DNA from: Pirellulales bacterium
GTDB taxonomy: Bacteria; Planctomycetota; Planctomycetia; Pirellulales; JAICIG01
DNA length: 64,000 nucleotides
NCBI GenBank assembly: GCA_040901675.1
Contig: JBBDYJ010000035.1
Location: 32,001-96,000 of the forward strand
Direction: 5' to 3'
Every line of letters begins with the position of its first letter. The first letter of the stretch is position 1. The notes beneath the pieces are model-generated. The model searched no databases and was not told the DNA's origin. It saw only the letters and a list, made by a program, of their open reading frames with translations. The position numbers and the translations under genes were made by a program. Below are positions 57,887-64,000 of the stretch, piece after piece.

Positions 57887-59189
57887 AATCGTCGGGCAGT
57901 CCGTCGTCCGCCCCGGTCTCGATTGCCTCAACGGTCGTCGTCACCTGGATCCCCGGCCGCACGCGCTGCAGGCCGCGTACGATGACTTGCTCGGACCCGT
58001 CCAGACCGCTCCGGATGATCCGCAGGCCGCCGGACAGGGAACCGGCCGAGACGGACTGGCGGCGCACCTTGTGGTCGCTGTCGACTACCAGCACGAATTT
58101 CTCGGCTTGATCGCTGCCGACCGCCGAATCCGGGACAAGCACCGCCTCATACCTTGCGCTGCCGGGCAGCCGCAGCCGCGCGAAGAGGCCGGGCGCCAGC
58201 GACAGATCGGGATTCGCCAGGATGGCACGGGCGCGCATGGTGCCCGTGTTGGGATCCATGCGATTGTCGACAAAGTCCATGTGTCCCTTGTGCGGAAAGC
58301 TGCCATTCTCGTCCGCCAGGGCGATGTACACCGGATTCTTCACGTCGCGCGAACTTTGTCGCTTGCCTTCCTTTGCCAGACGGGTGTACTTGAGGAACGC
58401 CTGCTCGTCGGCGTCGAAATAGACATGGATCGGGTCAAGGGAAACGATCGTGGTCAACAGCGACGACTCTCGAGTGCCGCCGCTGATGAGGTTTCCCTCG
58501 GTCACATCGCGGTGACTGACGCGGCCCGTGATGGGAGCAACAACACGCGTGTACTCCAGGTTCAATTCCGCAATGCCGATCGCCGCCTCGGCGGTTTCGA
58601 CCGCCGCGCTCGCCGTTGCAATCGCTGCCCGCGTTGATTCGATCCGCGCCTGTGCGGCCTTCACTTCCGCCTCAGCTTGAAGCAGCTCCGATTGATGCAG
58701 CTCGAGCTCGTCTTTGCTGAGCGCTCTTTTCGCGGCGATGGCCTCCGACCGTGCATATCGCTGGCGGGCATATCCGAGGGTCGCTTCGGTTCTGCTATGC
58801 TCAGCCTCTGCCTGGGCGAGCTGTGCGGTGGATTGCGCGACCGCCGCGCCGGCCTCTTCAAGCTGCGCTCGGGCGCGATTCAATTCGGCCTCGAACGGAC
58901 GTGGATCGATGACGCAGAGCAGGTCGCCCTTCCGGACGATTTGGCCTTCCTCGAAGTGGATCGACTGCAAGTAGCCGCTCGCGCGGGCGCGAACCTCCAC
59001 AAAGTCCACCGCCTCCAACCGGCCCACGTATTCGTCCCACTCCACGATTTGCTTCTTAATCGGCGTGGCAACGACTACCTGCACTTCGGGCGGCGGTCCA
59101 GGCTGGCCGCCAAGTCGGCTGCAGCCAAGTACCAGCGAAAGACAGGCAAGGATTGCCAGTTTGAACGAATTAGATTCCATGGAATCCAT
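57705..59189 (-). CDS. RND membrane fusion protein (AcrA-like lipoprotein) with an aberrant C-terminal read-through
   Basis: LVLGC lipobox, EVRARASG, IDPRPF, APITGRVS, FVDN..D..TGT, GLQRVRPG; overlaps the RND gene by about 180 nt. Confidence 0.88.
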   Translation of the reverse strand: MDSMESNSFKLAILACLSLVLGCSRLGGQPGPPPEVQVVVATPIKKQIVEWDEYVGRLEAVDFVEVRARASGYLQSIHFEEGQIVRKGDLLCVIDPRPFEAELNRARAQLEEAGAAVAQSTAQLAQAEAEHSRTEATLGYARQRYARSEAIAAKRALSKDELELHQSELLQAEAEVKAAQARIESTRAAIATASAAVETAEAAIGIAELNLEYTRVVAPITGRVSHRDVTEGNLISGGTRESSLLTTIVSLDPIHVYFDADEQAFLKYTRLAKEGKRQSSRDVKNPVYIALADENGSFPHKGHMDFVDNRMDPNTGTMRARAILANPDLSLAPGLFARLRLPGSARYEAVLVPDSAVGSDQAEKFVLVVDSDHKVRRQSVSAGSLSGGLRIIRSGLDGSEQVIVRGLQRVRPGIQVTTTVEAIETGADDGLPDDYEPVPKAEWLSIRPSDLCHRRLGLHRDPGRDRVLVTARGSIPRRGAAHHRRPRLVSGRVA

Positions 59190-59496
59190 GACCTCCGTCT
59201 TCTGCCAAACGCCGGACGAGCACCGGTGACTGGGCAATCTCGGACACGACAGACTTCATCAAACAGCCGGCGGCCACGAGCTCCGCCCCCTCGGCGTATC
59301 GGGCCGCGAGGAATTCCTTTCCCACGGCGTCGATGGCGGTCAGGCCGGTAAGATCAAAGCGGACCACCCGCCGGCGGTCGCCGGCTGCGGCAGTTTGCCA
59401 GCACATCTGGAGTTCCCGGACCCACGGCCCCGCCAACTTTCCTTCAAGCTGAAAGGTCAGCGACTCCGGCTTGTCGTGTGTGGTAATTCGAAGCAT
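59170..59496 (-). CDS. Small STAS-like protein
   Basis: MLRIT..LEGKLAGPWVREL..W..DLTGLTAIDAVG. Confidence 0.75.
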   Translation of the reverse strand: MLRITTHDKPESLTFQLEGKLAGPWVRELQMCWQTAAAGDRRRVVRFDLTGLTAIDAVGKEFLAARYAEGAELVAAGCLMKSVVSEIAQSPVLVRRLAEDGGHGFHGI

Positions 59497-59534
59497 CGCT
59501 TGGTCCTTGCCGCTCACTTGCCGGTGAGGCGGAG

Positions 59535-59551
59535 AGCAAGCGGTGTACCAA
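59535..59551 (-). promoter_or_regulatory. Sigma54 promoter of the STAS-MFP-RND-MaoC operon
   Basis: TTGGTACACCGCTTGCT, GG-N10-GC, about 40 nt upstream of the ATG. Confidence 0.75.
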
Positions 59552-59648
59552 GCGAGCGCCAGAGGCCGGGGGCGCGGTATAACAACCCACTGCCCGTTAG
59601 ACTTACGCTGCACGAAAATCCGGAAAAGTTGCATGCCGGATCTGGAAG

Positions 59649-59698
59649 TGCCGAAGTCGAGAGGTGCCGAAGGATCGGCAAGTGCCGACACGCCGGCA
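59649..59698. promoter_or_regulatory. Tandem palindromic enhancer (UAS) candidates
   Basis: TGCCGA-AGGA-TCGGCA (59665-59680), TGCCGA-CACG-CCGGCA (59683-59698) and a half-site at 59649. Confidence 0.7.
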
Positions 59699-59837
59699 CT
59701 ATGGGGGACGCGTGCCCGCCTCATCCCTTATCCAAGCAGCGCGGTGCGATCCGAGATGAGCTGCTTGTATTCGGCCTTCTCACCGAGGCCGCGAGGGGCT
59801 GCCCCAATTTCCCCTCGCTTCAATCGGCCCTGCCCTT

Positions 59838-61037
59838 TCACTCGATCGCTATCCGTTGGTACAGCTCCGGCGGATGGCGGCTGGGATCGTACTGCTCCAG
59901 CAAGCCGGCGCTCACCAGCTCGGCCCGCAGCACCACGGGCCGCGGGACGCCGCTGTCGCTGATGCACGACGGGTCGAAGGGGTGGAAGCTGAAAATCCGG
60001 TCCGAGCCGCGGATTCGGCCATACCAGTCGCGGACGGCATCGAAGCGCCTCACGCCGGTGTTGACCGAGCTGTGGCAGCGGTTGCACGACTGCTGATCGA
60101 CCGCGATGAAACCGGCGTCGTAGTTGGCCGGAACGATGTGCCAGTCCGCCAGCGTGGTTGGGGCGTGCGTCTCGAGCTGCTCCTTGCCGATCCGCCAATA
60201 CTGCCCCAAGGCCGATCGAAACTCGGTCTTGTGCAATAACTCCTTGACCAGCTTCGGGTCATCGATGGCCGGCAGCACGTCCATGCCCATCCATTGATCG
60301 AAATCGGGGAGCGGGTGCATGATGTCGGCCAGCCGGGCCCGGTGCAGCTCGGGCTCTGGGTGCTCCAGGTGCTCGACCAGCCGCACCAGGTCCGGCGCGT
60401 GGGACCAGTCGGGCCGCAGTTCCTTGATCCGCCTGGCGAGCGACTCGGCCGTGGGGAAGGGCCGAAACACGTCCGGCTCCCAGCCTTCGTAAACCCGCGT
60501 CCTGGTCCGCAGCTCGAACGTGTAATACCAGCCTTCTGGGCCCCGCATGGTCAGCACCTCGCCAAAGACGGTGCCGACCGGGTAGATCCAGGCATATCCC
60601 TCGCTCTCGTCCCCCTCGAGCTGTTGGCGGAACCAGGCCACGCTCTGCCGTTTGCCGTCCTTGACCGGCAGCTTCAAGAAACGGAACGTGAACAGGTTGC
60701 TCGAGCGGTGGGTGCCTCCCGGGTCGGACCAGGGGAACTCCACGTTTCCGTTGCCTCCGCGGCCGTGCCCCTTCGCTTTCTCGGTTTCCTCGGCCGAGAT
60801 GTTGAAGTTGGCGCTATGAACGCTTTGCAGCCTGCCCTCCCAGTGCTGGTAGGCCGGCGGCATCTCCTCTTCGGTGTACAGAATCAAGCTCGTGTCGTGC
60901 AGAATCGCCTGCAACTGACGGCTCTCGACCTGGGGAAAGAAGTTCCTCAGGTTCTGTTCCTTTTCCGGCGACATCAACTGGGCCTGTGCGGCCGACGACG
61001 TCAGCATCAACGTCGCCCATAGCAAAGTGCGCTTCAT
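59838..61037 (-). CDS. Secreted hypothetical protein with a single CxxCH (putative c-type cytochrome)
   Basis: Signal peptide (AQA), CNRCH near the C-terminus, GGAGGAGG RBS. Confidence 0.75.
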   Translation of the reverse strand: MKRTLLWATLMLTSSAAQAQLMSPEKEQNLRNFFPQVESRQLQAILHDTSLILYTEEEMPPAYQHWEGRLQSVHSANFNISAEETEKAKGHGRGGNGNVEFPWSDPGGTHRSSNLFTFRFLKLPVKDGKRQSVAWFRQQLEGDESEGYAWIYPVGTVFGEVLTMRGPEGWYYTFELRTRTRVYEGWEPDVFRPFPTAESLARRIKELRPDWSHAPDLVRLVEHLEHPEPELHRARLADIMHPLPDFDQWMGMDVLPAIDDPKLVKELLHKTEFRSALGQYWRIGKEQLETHAPTTLADWHIVPANYDAGFIAVDQQSCNRCHSSVNTGVRRFDAVRDWYGRIRGSDRIFSFHPFDPSCISDSGVPRPVVLRAELVSAGLLEQYDPSRHPPELYQRIAIE

Positions 61038-61331
61038 GGCGTTCCTCCTCCGTAGGAAACTTAGGTCTTAGATCCGGCAAACGGCGCCGGCTGTCCGGCC
61101 CAAGTAGCGACCAGCCTAGTTGCCCGACGCCGTAGGGGAAGTACCCCATAGGGGGTCTCCTCGCCCCCAAAGGTCGGAAACCCGCCCTAAGTTTCCACGT
61201 ACCAACAAGAAGCGGCGAGCGAGGTGGCCCAAAAACCAGTGAGTGGACGTGGGCCGCGCCAGTGCCCTATATTGCGTCATCCGCCGAAATTACCGATGCC
61301 GCGGCTTGTAACGAACCTCCGCGAGGACACG

Positions 61332-62168
61332 ATGATCCAGATTGCCGGCGTACAAATGGATGTCAGCCTCGGACGCCCGGCCGAGAACCTCGACAAGATC
61401 GAGCAGGCCGTCGCTCAGGCGGCCCGCGAGGGGGCGCGGCTGGTCGTTTTTCCCGAGTGCGCCATCACGGGCTATTGCTTTGAGAGCCTGGGCGAAGCCC
61501 GCGAGTTCGCCGAAACGCTTCCGGGCCCGAGCACCGGCCGCCTCGGCCGGCTGTGCCGCGAGTTGAAACTGCACGTGGTGGTCGGCCTGCTCGAGACCGA
61601 CGGCCAGCGGTTGTTCAATGCCGCCGCGCTGATCGGGCCCGACGGGCTGGTGGCAACCTACCGCAAGGTCCACTTGCCGATGCTGGGCGTCGACATGTTC
61701 ACCACTCCGGGGGATCGGCCTTTTGCAACATGGCAAGCAGGCGCCATGCGCGTCGGGATGAACATCTGCTACGACGGCTCCTTTCCCGAAGCGGCCCGCG
61801 TGATGGCCTTGGAGGGGGCCGACCTGATCGTGCTGCCCACCAACTGGCCCCCCGGCTCGCAGTGTACGGCCGAATTCGTCATCAACGCGCGGGCCTTGGA
61901 GAACAATGTTTACTACATGGCGGTCAACCGCGTCGGAGAGGAACGGGGCTTCAGGTTCATCGGCAAGAGCCGCGTCTGCGACCCAAGCGGGCGGGTGCTG
62001 GCCGATGCGCCGCACGACCGCGAGGCGGTCCTGCACGCCGAGATCGATCCCGAGCGGGCCCGCAACAAGCACCTGGTCCGCGTGCCCGGCAAGCACGAAA
62101 TCAATCGCTTCGCCGACCGCCGGCCCGAGATGTACGCCAAGATCGTCGAACCGAAAGCCGGCGCGTGA
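61332..62168 (+). CDS. Carbon-nitrogen hydrolase (nitrilase superfamily)
   Basis: FPE, YRKVHL and ICYD catalytic triad motifs; DRRPEMY. Confidence 0.93.
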   Translation: MIQIAGVQMDVSLGRPAENLDKIEQAVAQAAREGARLVVFPECAITGYCFESLGEAREFAETLPGPSTGRLGRLCRELKLHVVVGLLETDGQRLFNAAALIGPDGLVATYRKVHLPMLGVDMFTTPGDRPFATWQAGAMRVGMNICYDGSFPEAARVMALEGADLIVLPTNWPPGSQCTAEFVINARALENNVYYMAVNRVGEERGFRFIGKSRVCDPSGRVLADAPHDREAVLHAEIDPERARNKHLVRVPGKHEINRFADRRPEMYAKIVEPKAGA

Positions 62169-62225
62169 AGCCAGATGATCATTCACACCGGCGCCAAAAT
62201 CGCTGGGGTCGAGCAGAGGGCGCTG

Positions 62226-63041
62226 ATGCCTGCCTGGACGCACGATGGCCTGGAGTTCTACTACCGCGAAGCGGGCCAGGGATTGCCGTTCGTGTTCCAG
62301 CATGGGCTGGGTGGCGACTCCGAGCAGACCTTCGGCTTGTTCAAGCCGCCGCCAGGTGTGCGGCTGCTCACGCTCGAAGCCAGAGCGCATGGCCGAACGC
62401 GCCCCGTCGGCGACGAGCAAAAGATTTCGCTGACCGCCTTCGCCGCCGATCTGGCCGCCTGGATGAACCACCTCGCGCTGCCCCAAGCGGTGGTCGGCGG
62501 TATTTCCATGGGGGCGGCCGTGGCCCTGCGGTTCGCGCTTGCGTATCCCGAGCGGCTGATCGGCCTGGTGCTGTCGCGGCCCGCCTGGCTGGACCGGCCC
62601 AACCCTGACAACGTCCGCGTCTTCGCCGAGATTGCCCGCCTGCTGCGCGCGCACACGCCCCAGACCGCGCTGGCGCACTTCAAGCAGTCGGAGACTTACC
62701 AGCGGACGCTGAGGGAGTCGCCCGACGCGGCCGCCTCCCTCTTAGGGCAGTTCACCCAGCCCAGAGCGGTCGAAGCCGTTGCTCGACTGGAACGGATCCC
62801 GGCCGACGCCCCCGCGAAGAGCCTGGACGAGCTGCGGCGGATCCGAGTGCCCACGTTGGTGCTGGCGAACCGGCAGGATCCAATTCATCCTTTTGAGTAC
62901 GGTCGGACACTGGCCGAGGCGATCGACGGCGCGCGATTTGCCGAACTCACGCCCAAATCTCAAAGCATCGAAGCCCATGCCGCTGATGTGGCGCGGGCGC
63001 TCGGCGAGTTTCTGGACAGCTTGATTGATCGAGGTATCTGA
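62226..63041 (+). CDS. Alpha/beta fold hydrolase
   Basis: QHGLGG, RAHG, GISMG; start could be 62175. Confidence 0.88.
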   Translation: MPAWTHDGLEFYYREAGQGLPFVFQHGLGGDSEQTFGLFKPPPGVRLLTLEARAHGRTRPVGDEQKISLTAFAADLAAWMNHLALPQAVVGGISMGAAVALRFALAYPERLIGLVLSRPAWLDRPNPDNVRVFAEIARLLRAHTPQTALAHFKQSETYQRTLRESPDAAASLLGQFTQPRAVEAVARLERIPADAPAKSLDELRRIRVPTLVLANRQDPIHPFEYGRTLAEAIDGARFAELTPKSQSIEAHAADVARALGEFLDSLIDRGI

Positions 63042-64000
63042 TGGCCATCGACACTCCTGCCCGTATCGCCGTGCTGGGCGCGGGTCCGATCGGGCTGGAG
63101 GCCGCCCTCTATGGCCGCTATCTCGGCTACGACGTCGATGTTTACGAACGGGGCGGCATCGCCCAGAACCTGATTGATTGGGGGCACGTGCGGCTCTTTA
63201 CTCCTTTCGGCGGCAACCGCACGGCGTTGGCATTGGCAGCGCTTGCCGCGCAAGATCCCGCCTGGCGGCCGCCGGATGACGACGCCTTACTGACGGGCCG
63301 CGAGCATGCCGAGCGATATCTGCTGCCGCTCGCCAGGTCCGATCTCCTCGAGGGGAGTATCCACGAGCAGACCCGCGTCGTGGCGGTCGGCCGCACGGAG
63401 TGGATGAAAGGCGACCTGGTGGCCGATGAAGCGCGCGGCGACGACCTCTTCCGCATCTTGCTCGACAGCGGCGGGCAGGAGCGCACCGCCCAGGCCAACG
63501 TGATCATCGACGCCACGGGCACCTATGGCAACCACAATTGGCTGGGGCGAGGCGGTATACCGGCGGTGGGCGAGCGGGCACTCGCGGATCGGATCGAATA
63601 TGGCCTTCCCGACATCCTGGGCCGCGACCGCGCCAGCTACGCGGGCTGCCGCGTGTTGGTCGTCGGCTCCGGCTATTCGGCCGCCACGAACATCGTGTTG
63701 CTTGCCGAACTGGCAGCCCAGAGCCCCGCGACTCAAATCACCTGGATCACTCGCCGTCCGCCCGAGCCGGCCGATGGCCCCGCCGGCGGTCCGGTCCGCC
63801 TGGTGCCCGGCGACCGCTTGAGCGAACGTGAGCGGATGGCCAAGGTGGCCAATGCCCTGGCTGCAAGCGGCGGCGCGGTCCAGCACCGCTCCGGCACGAT
63901 GGTCGACCGCGTCGAGTGGCAGGCGGACAAGGATTCCTTTCTGGTCCACTTGTCCCACGACGGGCCGGCGGAAACCGTCGAGGTGGATCGAATCATCGCC
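63041..64000 (+). CDS. FAD/NAD(P)-dependent oxidoreductase (ArsO/FMO-like), 3'-truncated; absent from the ORF track
   Basis: Manual translation MAIDTPARIAVLGAGPIGLEAA..WGHVRLFTPF..IIDATGTY..VLVVGSGYSA; TGATG overlap with the upstream stop. Confidence 0.88.
   Translation, partial: MAIDTPARIAVLGAGPIGLEAALYGRYLGYDVDVYERGGIAQNLIDWGHVRLFTPFGGNRTALALAALAAQDPAWRPPDDDALLTGREHAERYLLPLARSDLLEGSIHEQTRVVAVGRTEWMKGDLVADEARGDDLFRILLDSGGQERTAQANVIIDATGTYGNHNWLGRGGIPAVGERALADRIEYGLPDILGRDRASYAGCRVLVVGSGYSAATNIVLLAELAAQSPATQITWITRRPPEPADGPAGGPVRLVPGDRLSERERMAKVANALAASGGAVQHRSGTMVDRVEWQADKDSFLVHLSHDGPAETVEVDRIIA

Overview
GC-rich bacterial chromosome segment, most likely Planctomycetota (Pirellulales-like). 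The evidence is an RRxFExLExRxLL-type extracellular protein, an ECF sigma paired with a Ser/Thr kinase, PQQ-type propellers and rpsF-ssb-rplI without rpsR. 1-25 kb is mostly core genome: a ynbABC-like lipid cluster, rplY-pth-rpsF-ssb-rplI-dnaB, a BamA-like system split into two genes, trpC, purH, a 1.3-kaa unknown protein, hydrolases, three distinct GTAG-type REP doublets, and tmRNA (24713-25075, tag AEDTYALAA). An accessory-looking mosaic with no integrase starts at the tmRNA 3' end. It holds a long palindrome plus a small GIY-YIG nuclease, and an ECF sigma linked to a kinase/degenerate cyclase/STAND ATPase/TPR protein. It continues with cupin/SDR/GH63 genes, an FhlA-like sigma54 activator, a P450, a WD40-ankyrin protein and CapA, with short gene remnants at several junctions. 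Further right are a large surface protein, a sigma54-driven STAS-MFP-RND-MaoC operon with visible enhancer palindromes and a damaged MFP/RND junction, a CxxCH protein with a structured upstream region, and a nitrilase/hydrolase/flavoprotein run. All calls come from motif recognition by eye; no database searches were run.
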